From NCBI GenBank assembly GCA_964597855.1, contig CAZQZO010000004.1, forward strand, positions 24,219 to 88,218: a DNA stretch of 64,000 bases. The letters are read 5' to 3'. The DNA comes from an uncultured Halobacteriales archaeon. Its GTDB lineage: Archaea; Halobacteriota; Halobacteria; Halobacteriales; Hikarchaeaceae. Shown here one piece after another: positions 28,890 to 38,785 of this stretch. Within the stretch, counting starts at the first letter, position 1. The number at the start of each line of letters is the position of its first letter. The position numbers and the translations under genes were made by a program. Under the pieces are notes generated by a model. The model was not told the DNA's origin and made no database searches. It saw only the letters and a program-made list of their open reading frames with translations.

Positions 28890-28952
28890 TTTATTTCATA
28901 CGACCCATTTGAAATCTTCACATTTTTAAACTCCAATGCCCTTCTTTAACAT

Positions 28953-30011
28953 ATGCCTAAAAATGGCCATGTGGTTGTCGACGTCGATGCACATTTCTTT
29001 GAACCATTACATGACTTTTCAAATTATCTAGACGAACCCTGGAAATCACGGTTTAGCGGAGCAACGAGGGGTAGATTTATCCCCGGTAGCACCGGTGACA
29101 GGTGGGTAGGGGGTAGAATTATGAGGAACGTAACTTCATATCCTCAAAAAGATATGACGCCCGAGGAAATACCTAGCGTGATGAAACATGTCGGTCTTGA
29201 TAAGATCGTTTTACTACCCAACAAAATGCTTTCATTTGGAAAATTATCTAGCGATGAAATAGCAGTACCCCTTGCAAATGGATTCGTTGACTATATGCTT
29301 GATAAAGTTGTTGATCCCTCTGAAGGCATCTATACGATGCTGGTTGCACCCTTCCACGACCCGGAAGAGTCTGTCGCGTTAATCGATCGAGTAGCCGATG
29401 AAAAGGGTGTCGTAGCACTCTGCCTAGTTACCGCTGGACCCGAACCCCCCCTTGGAGACCGAAGATACGATCCAATTTACGAAGCTTGCAACGATCGTAA
29501 TTTCCCTGTAGTTTTTCATGCAGGAGGATCGAGTGTGGATAGTTTCTTCATAAGAGGGTATCGAAAATTCCTTGAAACACACACTTTGGGTTTCTTATGG
29601 AATAACATGGCACAAATTGTGAGTTTAGTCGTCCAGGGGGTTCCTGAAAAATATCCAAATCTCGATATCGTATTTCAAGAATCTGGAATTTTCTGGGTTC
29701 CTTTGATGATGCACCGGCTCGATGCTGAATATATGAAACGCCAATCAGAAGCGCCCCTTCTAACGAAAAAACCATCCAAATACATGCAAGAATTTTATTA
29801 TGGAACCCAACCACTCGAAGAACCAGACAATCCTGAATACCTCGAGCAAATTATCAACATGATTGGAGGCCCTGAACGCCTCATGTACGCTTCGGATTAC
29901 CCACATTGGGATTATGACCGCCCAAGTGTCATCACAAATATGGACTTTCTAAGTGATTCTGAACAAGGCATGATTCTTGGAAAAACAGCAGAGAGGATAT
30001 TTGGAATATGA
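28953..30011 (+). CDS. Amidohydrolase_2 family metal-dependent hydrolase/decarboxylase (ACMSD-like)
   Basis: VVDVDAHFFEP near the N-terminus, FHAGG, and the C-terminal ASDYPHWD motif. Confidence 0.75.
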   Translation: MPKNGHVVVDVDAHFFEPLHDFSNYLDEPWKSRFSGATRGRFIPGSTGDRWVGGRIMRNVTSYPQKDMTPEEIPSVMKHVGLDKIVLLPNKMLSFGKLSSDEIAVPLANGFVDYMLDKVVDPSEGIYTMLVAPFHDPEESVALIDRVADEKGVVALCLVTAGPEPPLGDRRYDPIYEACNDRNFPVVFHAGGSSVDSFFIRGYRKFLETHTLGFLWNNMAQIVSLVVQGVPEKYPNLDIVFQESGIFWVPLMMHRLDAEYMKRQSEAPLLTKKPSKYMQEFYYGTQPLEEPDNPEYLEQIINMIGGPERLMYASDYPHWDYDRPSVITNMDFLSDSEQGMILGKTAERIFGI

Positions 30012-30376
30012 CTTTGATACCTATCTGTTCCACAAATGATCTCCCCGAAGGGACTCGAAAAACGGTAAATGTAGAAAATACTCCTGTCATAGTCTTACAC
30101 GTAGATGGGTCTTATTATGCGATCGAAGCAACTTGCCCGCACCAATCAGGTCCCCTCGGACAAGGCATAGTTCTTCCAAAACTTGAGGCAACATTCGTTA
30201 GCGCAGGAAAACGACTCGATGAATCTTTCTCCGAAACTATCCTTACTATCTCTTGTCCTTGGCATGGTTGGGAATTTGACCTTTCAACTGGGGCCCATTG
30301 TGGGGATTCAGAAGTAACTCTAAGTACATTTGAAATAGTCGAAAAAGAAGGGGAATTATTTCTAAAATCCCCTTGA
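30008..30376 (+). CDS. Rieske [2Fe-2S] domain protein
   Basis: CPHQSGPL (CxH) and CPWHGWEF (CxxH) motifs. ATGA overlap with the amidohydrolase gene. Confidence 0.8.
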   Translation: MTLIPICSTNDLPEGTRKTVNVENTPVIVLHVDGSYYAIEATCPHQSGPLGQGIVLPKLEATFVSAGKRLDESFSETILTISCPWHGWEFDLSTGAHCGDSEVTLSTFEIVEKEGELFLKSP

Positions 30377-30427
30377 TTTGGTTTTCTTAACTTTTTATCT
30401 ATCTAAAAATTTTCCATTTCCAACTGA

Positions 30428-31564
30428 TTACGAGGCGCCTTGCACTATCAGTGCATCTTGCTTAGCAATCGTTACTTTCACATTCGAACCAACTTTAAGT
30501 TTACTCTGTGACGATCTGACTTGAACCGTCGTATTGTCTCCAATAACGACATCGTAGTACACAGAAGCACCTCTAAATATCTTGTGTGTAATTTTACCGG
30601 AATATTCGTTGGTTTGACTTGTCTTGTTGTACTTGGATCCTTTACCAGCTTTGCTGGCAACTTCTATGAATATATTCTCTGGTCTAATCACAATTACGGG
30701 ATTCTTTAATGAAGTTGCACCTTCGTGTCGGCAAACCATATCTAGTTTTTGATCTCCCTTTGTAATCGTTGCATTCGCAGATGTCTTAGTCTTAGAATCA
30801 ACTTCTGCATTGAATACATTAGCTTCACCTATGAAATTTGCCACAAACGGCGAGTTAGGTGAATCATATAGTGCCTCTGGCCCTCCTTGTTGCATCTTGA
30901 CTCCATCTTTCATTACACAGATATCATCCGAAATTTCAAACGCTTCTTCTTGATCGTGTGTAACATATACTGTGGTAACCTTAATTTCGTCCAAAATATC
31001 CAGTATACTCTGTCTCATTCTCTTTCGAAGTTGGAAATCCAAGTTTGACAAAGGCTCATCCATTAAAAGCAACTTTGGCTCATAAGATATGGCCCGGGCA
31101 AACGCAACACGCTGCTGCTGACCACCAGATAATTCTGATGGGTACCTGTCCTCTACATTACCCCCTGCCAATCCTACAAGAGACAAAGCCTCTTGAACTC
31201 GATCCTCTCTCCTGTCTTTTGGATAATCTTGATTTTTCAAGGCATATAGGATATTTTCTCTCGCTGTCATATGTGGCCAAACAGCGTAAGACTGGAATAC
31301 AAACCCAATCCCTCTCCTCTCTGGAGGCACGTTCAAATCTGATGTGGAAACCGTTTCCCCAAACAGTTTTATCTGTCCTTCTGTTATATCCTCGAATCCC
31401 GCTAGGGCTCGAAGAGTTGTTGTTTTTCCGCATCCAGATGGGCCAAGTAATGTGAATAATTCACCTTCGTTTACACTGAAACTAAGATTTTTAACCGCAT
31501 CTACGACGCTTCCACCTCCGCTAATGAATCGTTTTGTTAATTTTTTGACTTCTACTGCAGGCAT
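30428..31564 (-). CDS. ABC importer-type ATP-binding protein (PotA/FbpC/MalK-like), no adjacent permease
   Basis: GPSGCGKTT, LSGGQQQRVAFARA, LLMDEPLSNLD, and a C-terminal TOBE-like regulatory domain. Confidence 0.9.
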   Translation of the reverse strand: MPAVEVKKLTKRFISGGGSVVDAVKNLSFSVNEGELFTLLGPSGCGKTTTLRALAGFEDITEGQIKLFGETVSTSDLNVPPERRGIGFVFQSYAVWPHMTARENILYALKNQDYPKDRREDRVQEALSLVGLAGGNVEDRYPSELSGGQQQRVAFARAISYEPKLLLMDEPLSNLDFQLRKRMRQSILDILDEIKVTTVYVTHDQEEAFEISDDICVMKDGVKMQQGGPEALYDSPNSPFVANFIGEANVFNAEVDSKTKTSANATITKGDQKLDMVCRHEGATSLKNPVIVIRPENIFIEVASKAGKGSKYNKTSQTNEYSGKITHKIFRGASVYYDVVIGDNTTVQVRSSQSKLKVGSNVKVTIAKQDALIVQGAS

Positions 31565-31591
31565 AACTGTGATTCATCACACACTCTTAAT

Positions 31592-31603
31592 AGATTTAAA
31601 CTT
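31592..31603 (-). promoter_or_regulatory. TATA-like TTTAAA element about 30-38 nt upstream of the ABC ATPase ATG, inside a 166-nt very AT-rich spacer
   Basis: Motif and spacing only. The spacer 31565-31730 also marks the left edge of the glycan island. Confidence 0.25.
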
Positions 31604-31730
31604 TCCTATTATTCACAAATATTTTTTATTAATTTAGTATAATTTTTTATTTAATTTAATAAATTTAAAACTGAAATTAAGTATCTATCAGGTGCTCTCC
31701 TTACCTTAATTCCCAAAGAAAATCATCTGA

Positions 31731-32795
31731 TTATTTCCTTTTCCCCGTCGCCTTTTCGTATTTCTGTAATGGCCCCTCTAGTTCTATCTCTGGAACTTTC
31801 CCCGGGGCTGGGTTATACGAAAATATGTCCAATCGTATCCCCACCTTGCGTTTAAGATTATTTATTGCCTCTTTACTTTCTCCCCTAAGGTGCTTATTAA
31901 TCACTTGAATGTTTCTCTCCTCTGACATATGCGTCAATAGAGGGACCAATCGCGACTTCTGTGATTCTGCAATTTTCCAGACCATTGACATCGTGTTATT
32001 CTTAATTGATTTCTTACCCCCGCTCTTTGATCCATAAAATTGTATCTTTGTTCCTTCTGGAGCATAATATTCTATAACTTCCTTCCAGGACCACTGAGGG
32101 GAATTCACCACCGTATACTTTCCGGGTTTTATCTCTTCATTTTGACACATCAATATCGCCCCAATAACTGTCATTATATGGGCCACATTTGATTCTAAAT
32201 TCCCATCTGCATCAATGTAAATTCTTCCCCCTTTCTCTAGTAATCTTTCTAAATCATTTGTTTGTTTTTGCATCATTCCCATCACATGACCAATTCTTAG
32301 TATGTATGCCCGTTTTTGATTTTTATATTTTCGATTCCAAATAGCACACTTCTTCTTCACACGTTTTTCTATAAACCGTTTCTCTCTAACAAGCAAATCC
32401 TGTTGATATTTGTCCGCCAATTTCCCTCCATATGCACTTATTGAGCTAATGTAAATAATACTTGAACTCCTCTTTGAATATTTGACCAAATTATCAACTA
32501 CTTTCTGATTAACCTCACGTGCCACCTTCGGCTGCCCATGTGGCGCATTTGGTGTCGCCTCTTTTAAAAACACGACTACGTCTATATCTGACAACGCATC
32601 TGCTGCATCCTCTTCTGTAGTCATATCCGCAATCCTATATGGGAAGTCTTTGCTTACTATTGCCGCAGAACCAATTTCACTTTGTACGATTGGGACTACC
32701 TCTAACCCTTCGTCTTGGAGTAGCAAGCATAGTTCCATTTCCAACATGGCATCTGCAGAATTCAACCCGATCGCATTAACCAAACCAATTTTCAT
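31731..32795 (-). CDS. Divergent extended-SDR/epimerase-like protein with degenerate cofactor and catalytic motifs
   Basis: IYISSISAYGGK and YILRIGHVMG resemble extended-SDR segments. However, the N-terminus MKIGLVNAIGL lacks GxxGxxG, and YGGK is not YxxxK. Confidence 0.4.
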   Translation of the reverse strand: MKIGLVNAIGLNSADAMLEMELCLLLQDEGLEVVPIVQSEIGSAAIVSKDFPYRIADMTTEEDAADALSDIDVVVFLKEATPNAPHGQPKVAREVNQKVVDNLVKYSKRSSSIIYISSISAYGGKLADKYQQDLLVREKRFIEKRVKKKCAIWNRKYKNQKRAYILRIGHVMGMMQKQTNDLERLLEKGGRIYIDADGNLESNVAHIMTVIGAILMCQNEEIKPGKYTVVNSPQWSWKEVIEYYAPEGTKIQFYGSKSGGKKSIKNNTMSMVWKIAESQKSRLVPLLTHMSEERNIQVINKHLRGESKEAINNLKRKVGIRLDIFSYNPAPGKVPEIELEGPLQKYEKATGKRK

Positions 32796-33838
32796 ACTTT
32801 GATTCCCCCTTTTGCTTTTTTATAAATTCCTGTAATGATTTCAGTTACTTTTATCCCTGTCATTTGATTCGTATTCACTTCCCCCTCCGAACCGATTTGT
32901 TGGATGAATTCTGCCCACTTTAAAAATACTCCCTCACCAAACGATGTAGCATATCCTCCAGATTCTATTATGAGTGGCTCTTCTATTCCCTCTACATGTA
33001 CTCTTAGTCTTTCATTCGATCCCGTGTGATCGAACCTAACTTTCGCATTTTGAAATTCAAATTCCGCTTCTGTCTCAAATGATTCAACACGACTAGCTCG
33101 GTATTCAATTTTTACATCTGAATCTTTGCTAGCTACCATTGCAACATCCACCGCTATATCCAATTCATCTTTCCACATTATATCTGATTTTTTGACAGTT
33201 ATGTCATACCCTTCCAATATATCTACAATCTGACTAATAGTGTGGCACCCACTCTCCATTAATACTCCCCCTCCCGCCAATCGAACATCATTCCTATAAT
33301 GTTTCTTTCCTATTCCCGAACTATTGACTAGTCCTTCCTGCATTCTCACATTTTTGAGGGGTCCAAATGCCCCCGATCGGACGATCTCTTTCATCTGTTT
33401 AGTCGATGAGAACCACGTTCTCATGTAATTACAAACCATTTTGTCGTTTAGCCCAACAAATTCTTGATGGTCTTCAATATTTTTTGCAAATGGCTTCTCT
33501 ACAAAAATTGGGGTCTCTCTCTGAGAAAATAATTCGATATAGGGTCTTCTAACGCCAACAGGTATTGCAAGAAGAACAATATCACATTCTGGTAGCCTTT
33601 CTATCTCATTTCCTACTCCAATCGCATCGCATCCACATATTTTGGCCAATTTATTTGCTCTATCTATGTCTATGTCTGCAACATATTTCACCATCGTTTT
33701 TGGATATTCCAATAGGATGGGAATGTGTATTCTTTCTGTTATTTTGCCCGCTCCTATCACTCCCACTTCCATTTGATCTATTTTTGTGTCTTCAAAAACT
33801 GTAAATGGGAGCTTCATACTGGCAAGTCTCATTATCAA
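32792..33838 (-). CDS. Gfo/Idh/MocA family oxidoreductase (sugar-nucleotide dehydrogenase-like)
   Basis: VGVIGAGKITERIHIPIL Rossmann motif and the EKPFA motif. ATGA overlap with the downstream gene. Confidence 0.8.
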   Translation of the reverse strand: MIMRLASMKLPFTVFEDTKIDQMEVGVIGAGKITERIHIPILLEYPKTMVKYVADIDIDRANKLAKICGCDAIGVGNEIERLPECDIVLLAIPVGVRRPYIELFSQRETPIFVEKPFAKNIEDHQEFVGLNDKMVCNYMRTWFSSTKQMKEIVRSGAFGPLKNVRMQEGLVNSSGIGKKHYRNDVRLAGGGVLMESGCHTISQIVDILEGYDITVKKSDIMWKDELDIAVDVAMVASKDSDVKIEYRASRVESFETEAEFEFQNAKVRFDHTGSNERLRVHVEGIEEPLIIESGGYATSFGEGVFLKWAEFIQQIGSEGEVNTNQMTGIKVTEIITGIYKKAKGGIKV

Positions 33839-33927
33839 GCGTATAAGCCTTTTCGAATCCCATTCCTTCCCATCCTCCTTTTACACTGACCAAAACGCTA
33901 ATCCTCTTGGCAGATTCATTTGTACCA

Positions 33928-35454
33928 ATGGCCCAAGCCTCCGATTCTGTTTCTATAGTGTCTGGAAGCAGCCTAATTTTCATAGGGACTATTTTTGAAC
34001 TTGGAATTGCTTTCATAGCAAAAATATTCATAGCCCGTTATTTGGGGGTATATGATTACGGAATCGTATCCGTTGGCATAATTATCCTTTCCATATCCAC
34101 GACATTTGTTGTTTTAGGCCTTCATCATGGTGTCGCACGATATCTCCCACGATTTAAACAAGCCCCCGATAAACGTGGCATTTTATTATCTGCTTTCTCT
34201 ATCACCACCGTAACATCTCTACTTCTTGCGTTTTGTCTATTCATTTTTGCAGATTATGTAGCAATTAATATATTCTCAAATCCCGCCTTTTCACCCATTT
34301 TAAAGGTATTTGCAGGTGCGGTCCCATTTGCAGCATTTATCCGGATGGTTATCGGAAGCATGCAAGGCGAAAAAAAGGCATCCCCCACCGTTTTTATCCA
34401 AAATATAGTTCTCCCATCCGCCCGATTCATTCTAATAATTATTGTTCTTCTAATTGGAGTATCTGCAGTCAAAGTAGCATGGGCTTATTTATTGGCATAT
34501 GCCATTGCAGCACTCGTTGGAGTTTACGCCTTATATCGATACACACAAATGTTCAAAAAAGTCACCCCAGTATACCATTTTAGAGACTTAACTTATTTCT
34601 CTATTCCTTTAGCAATCTCCACTATCATGGCTTTATTATTTGTTGATGCAGATACCCTCATTCTAGCTTATTTCCAACCCGCCACAGAGGTAGGACTCTA
34701 TGCTGTCATATATCCTCTATCTGCACTTCTTATGATTTTTCTTAACTCCTTCACTTTTCTCTCTATGCCTGCTCTCTCTGAGCTACACGCCCAAAATCAC
34801 TCTTTACGAATGCGCAAAATGTATCTAGTAATCACTAAATGGATTTTTATCCCCACATTCCCCCTCTTCCTAGCCCTTTTCTTTTTCCCCGATACGCTTA
34901 TCGAATTCTTTTTCGGAAATGACTATACCCCCGCAAGCATCGGGCTTTCCATCCTCTCGCTTGGTTTCCTTTTCCACATTCTTACTGGAGTAAATGAATC
35001 AACTTTGCTAGCTATTGGAAAAACAAAACACCTCTTGGCAAATACCACCGCGGCTGGAATTCTGAATATAATTCTAAATCTAATCCTCATTCCTCAATAT
35101 TCTTTTATCGGAGCCGCAATAGCTACAACCCTTTCGTACATATGCCTCAACTTACTACATTCCCTCGAACTATATTGGATGACCGGAATTCACCCCATTT
35201 CTAAGCCCGTCATCAAAATTTCACTTGTCGCCACCTCAATGGCTTCCTTGGTTTACCTCTTATCTATTAGAATCGATTTAAACAATCTTCAATTATTACT
35301 TTTCACACTTATCTTTGGATTAATTTACTGTATAACAATCTTTAGATCTGACGCGATGGGGGCTGAGGAAGAATTGTTACTTTCCCAAACAGAAGCTTTC
35401 TTCGGAATAAACCTAGACCCTCTTCGAAAAACAATCAATTTCTTTTCCCGATAG
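33928..35454 (+). CDS. Oligo/polysaccharide flippase (Wzx/MOP superfamily)
   Basis: About 14 TM and about 500 aa, with a polysaccharide-biosynthesis-protein-like profile, inside the glycan cluster. ATG 33928 is preferred over TTG 33907. Confidence 0.75.
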   Translation: MAQASDSVSIVSGSSLIFIGTIFELGIAFIAKIFIARYLGVYDYGIVSVGIIILSISTTFVVLGLHHGVARYLPRFKQAPDKRGILLSAFSITTVTSLLLAFCLFIFADYVAINIFSNPAFSPILKVFAGAVPFAAFIRMVIGSMQGEKKASPTVFIQNIVLPSARFILIIIVLLIGVSAVKVAWAYLLAYAIAALVGVYALYRYTQMFKKVTPVYHFRDLTYFSIPLAISTIMALLFVDADTLILAYFQPATEVGLYAVIYPLSALLMIFLNSFTFLSMPALSELHAQNHSLRMRKMYLVITKWIFIPTFPLFLALFFFPDTLIEFFFGNDYTPASIGLSILSLGFLFHILTGVNESTLLAIGKTKHLLANTTAAGILNIILNLILIPQYSFIGAAIATTLSYICLNLLHSLELYWMTGIHPISKPVIKISLVATSMASLVYLLSIRIDLNNLQLLLFTLIFGLIYCITIFRSDAMGAEEELLLSQTEAFFGINLDPLRKTINFFSR

Positions 35455-35511
35455 GTAATATTCTTCGAACCGAGCTTTTATTGTTCTTAGACGGTGCATC
35501 TTATATCATCC

Positions 35512-36597
35512 ATGGCTGCCAGAGCCGCAAGAATTGAACATTCCCGCCAACAACGACAGCGTTCTTTAGAAAATGGCCATGCAATGAAAGTTGTACATTG
35601 GAATATTTCCAAACAGAGTCATCCTATGTTCGCAACCCGTCGATATGAGGACGAGCTTTTCAAGCGATTAAATGCTACCATCGATGGCTCTGTCAGTCGA
35701 ATTTTTAGACGTGAAAGCAAGTTATTTGGAAATACGATTTCTTCTTGGTTAACTAGGTATGGGTCGGATAATTTTGATATTGCACACGCCACTTTCCAAA
35801 CAATAGCACCCGCGGCATATTTTTCTCGCCCTAAAAATTTAATCGTCACTGTACATGACATCTTGCCAATCTTTCCTAATACCCCCCATGACATTTCCAC
35901 CAGAATTCAATGGAAATTCACCCCATCTGCACTCAAAATGGCCGATGCAATAATTGCAATATCTGATTTCACTCGCAAGGAACTTATAAAGCATCTGGAA
36001 GTCGATCCTCAACTCATACACGTGGTCCCCCAAGGAGTGGATCACTCACTTTTCAAACCACTCGATAAAATTGATTCTCGAAAACAACTTGGATTGGATC
36101 CCGAATCCCTTTATGTTCTAGTTGCTTCCTCAAATCAAACCCATAAAAGAATGGATCTAGCAAAAGACATTCTACTCGAACTCAGGTCTCGCAACCCTCA
36201 TGTAAAACTACTCAAGATTGGCTATGGTGATTCTCTTCAGATGGATGGAGTTATCAATTTAGGGTGGATCCCTGAAACTAAAATGCCGCTATTGTATAAT
36301 TCTGCAGACGTCTACCTGCACACTTCTGATTATGAAGGTTTTGGGCTGCCAATTTTAGAAGCTATGGCTTGTGGAACTCCTACCATTGCCAATAATCGCG
36401 CAAGTATACCCGAAGTAATTGGCCCTGCCAATACAATCAATATGAATTCTATCCCTCCTTCGAAAATATGTGATCACATTTTTGAAAAAATGGAGTTAGA
36501 TATAGATCAACCCGCCCTCGACCGAAGTAAGACATTCACGTGGGATCAAACAGCTTCAGGTACTTTAGATATCTATAAAGAGGTGCTTGAAAATTGA
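35512..36597 (+). CDS. Glycosyltransferase family 4 (GT-B)
   Basis: The C-terminal EGFGLPILEAMACGTPTIA is the E-x7-E type motif. Start uncertain: GTG 35494, ATG 35512 or ATG 35584. A TATA-like GCTTTTATTG about 30 nt upstream of 35512 favours that start. Confidence 0.85.
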   Translation: MAARAARIEHSRQQRQRSLENGHAMKVVHWNISKQSHPMFATRRYEDELFKRLNATIDGSVSRIFRRESKLFGNTISSWLTRYGSDNFDIAHATFQTIAPAAYFSRPKNLIVTVHDILPIFPNTPHDISTRIQWKFTPSALKMADAIIAISDFTRKELIKHLEVDPQLIHVVPQGVDHSLFKPLDKIDSRKQLGLDPESLYVLVASSNQTHKRMDLAKDILLELRSRNPHVKLLKIGYGDSLQMDGVINLGWIPETKMPLLYNSADVYLHTSDYEGFGLPILEAMACGTPTIANNRASIPEVIGPANTINMNSIPPSKICDHIFEKMELDIDQPALDRSKTFTWDQTASGTLDIYKEVLEN

Positions 36598-37718
36598 GAA
36601 TTTTAAATTTATCACTCCTACGTCTAAATGATTCCCATAGTTACTATGGGGGCGCTATTGGAAGTATTGGTTATGAATTGCTCTCATCCCTTGCGTCCCT
36701 TGATGATGTGGATGTAATCTCTTTTACACAAGGAACTGATCTATCCTTTCCCGTTCCTTCTTCACTTAATTTAGTTCATGCAACTTCTTTCAGTGAAGTA
36801 AAAAAAATCATGCCAAAATATCTGGAAGACGAAAAAGAAACAATCCTTACTCACTTTTACTTCCATGAACCCGAGCACACTCCAATCTCACACTTAGCAA
36901 ATAAATTAGATTTTCCATTTGTAATCGGTATGTGTGAGTTGCCTCACTATCGCCTTAGAGACGAAGTTTCTGGTCCTTTGAAATCTCATCTACTACGGAA
37001 ACTGGGAAAATCAATTGCATACATGCCTCGATTTAAAAAAACACTTTCTCATTGCGATAGGCTCATCACCGTCAATGGCGCCGCAAAACAATATTATTCG
37101 AAATATTTCCCCCTCGACCAAATAGGAATTGTTCCCTACGGTGTAAACCAGGAATTATTCCCTTGTACTCCTCTCCCCAAAGAACCACGAATATTGGTTG
37201 TCAGTAGATTAATACAGCGCCGTGGAATCGATGCCCTCCTTGATGCATTCCCCGACATTCTCTCTGAAGTCCCCGACGTCCATCTAGATATCGTTGGAGA
37301 TGGACCTCAACATATTTCTCTAAAACAACAAGCCTCTAAAAACGGTATTTTATCTAGAGTCCATTTCCACGGGAATGTTTCCGCAAAAACTCTCGTACAA
37401 CATTACCAAAATTGCTCTGTCTTCTGCCATCTATCCGATTCCGATGGCTGGAATCAACCAGCTCTAGAGGCGATGTCAACTGGGCGGCCCGTTATTGGAA
37501 TTGACGCGCATCATAATAGCATGATATTGGATGGTATCACAGGATTTCTAATCCCTCCTGAAAAAATTAATTCCCTTTCAAATTATTTGATTCAAATTTT
37601 AGATGATGGAAACTTATGTTCTCAAATGGGGACTTCTGCACATGAATTAATCTCGACCAATTATAATTTAGCCACTGTGGCAAAACAATATGTAACCGAG
37701 TTTAAGAGGTTGCTATAA
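36594..37718 (+). CDS. Glycosyltransferase family 4 (GT-B)
   Basis: SDSDGWNQPALEAMSTGRPVIG motif. TTG start overlapping the upstream stop (TTGA). Confidence 0.8.
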   Translation: MRILNLSLLRLNDSHSYYGGAIGSIGYELLSSLASLDDVDVISFTQGTDLSFPVPSSLNLVHATSFSEVKKIMPKYLEDEKETILTHFYFHEPEHTPISHLANKLDFPFVIGMCELPHYRLRDEVSGPLKSHLLRKLGKSIAYMPRFKKTLSHCDRLITVNGAAKQYYSKYFPLDQIGIVPYGVNQELFPCTPLPKEPRILVVSRLIQRRGIDALLDAFPDILSEVPDVHLDIVGDGPQHISLKQQASKNGILSRVHFHGNVSAKTLVQHYQNCSVFCHLSDSDGWNQPALEAMSTGRPVIGIDAHHNSMILDGITGFLIPPEKINSLSNYLIQILDDGNLCSQMGTSAHELISTNYNLATVAKQYVTEFKRLL

Positions 37719-37719
37719 T

Positions 37720-38721
37720 ATGCCCACAAAAGTCACTGATATAATCACTCAGTTATGTCGCCATCTTCAAAACTTTGAAGAAGAATTTGCGATGAATTAT
37801 ATCTCAAAAAATACACTGTTACTCTTACTTTCTGAATATGGATTTGAAACTACGTCCTCTGAAAAAGAGCGAAATTCACTTCTTACAATCGTCGATGAAC
37901 TCAAAGCGGTTTCTCTAGCATTGCAAGAAAATAAAATCCCCTTCGTCATCATCAAATTCTCCGAACTACCAAAATCTGTTAGTGACATAGACATTCTAGT
38001 TCACAACACCAATAACCTCCGCCCAGTTCTACATGGGCTCGGATATTCTCTTGAAGACGATGTAGAACCTCACCGGAGCACTTATGTTAAATCGATAAAA
38101 GGAACGCGAGTTTCACTCGATTTACATCATCATCTATCTTGGCGCCGAGTGCATTATCTGGATTCTCAATCAATCATTGACCAAAGCCAACTAAAGTCCA
38201 TTGACGACATCAAGGTTCCCTTCCCTTCCCTTCCTCATGATTTCTTAATAACTGCAGCTCATTGCATTTTCAAACATAATGGAATATCTTTATTTGATAT
38301 TTTGCATATACTCTCTTTAAAAGAATCCAACCCCTCTCAGCTAAACAATTTGCCCGCCATGTATGCCATTGCAGAAGAATACCAGTGGAAACGAGAATTC
38401 GATTATTTCCTTCATTTTATATCTTCAATAGAAAGTGATCTACGCACTTCTTTTGATTCAGAATCATCACTCTTCAAAAATCTTCCCCATCAGTTCTCTC
38501 TACCCACTGTTATCTATATTAGATTCTCAAAAATTTTACGTTCACTTTCTCACAAAAACTATGCATCCACTCTTATTCAAACATATGCATATTCACTTGA
38601 TATTTTCCAATTTTTAGTAGAACAAAAACTTGGTATATCTCTAATTCATTTCTTCCGCTTCCTCGCCCGAATTAAAAAAATGATAGACACTGTTAACTCC
38701 ATTTTTAGCACTCCCAAATAA
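37720..38721 (+). CDS. Uncharacterised nucleotidyltransferase family protein (PF14907/NTP_transf_5-like), paralogue 1
   Basis: KSVSDIDILV, followed by LDLHHHLSWRR and ITAAHCIFKH, fits my memory of the PF14907 pattern (GDxDxLV ... H..l.w). Clear paralogue of the next gene. Confidence 0.5.
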   Translation: MPTKVTDIITQLCRHLQNFEEEFAMNYISKNTLLLLLSEYGFETTSSEKERNSLLTIVDELKAVSLALQENKIPFVIIKFSELPKSVSDIDILVHNTNNLRPVLHGLGYSLEDDVEPHRSTYVKSIKGTRVSLDLHHHLSWRRVHYLDSQSIIDQSQLKSIDDIKVPFPSLPHDFLITAAHCIFKHNGISLFDILHILSLKESNPSQLNNLPAMYAIAEEYQWKREFDYFLHFISSIESDLRTSFDSESSLFKNLPHQFSLPTVIYIRFSKILRSLSHKNYASTLIQTYAYSLDIFQFLVEQKLGISLIHFFRFLARIKKMIDTVNSIFSTPK

Positions 38722-38785
38722 TATCTTATATCCTCTTCCCCTTTCAACAGGATCTTATACGGTGCTAAACCAAACAACAAACAGA

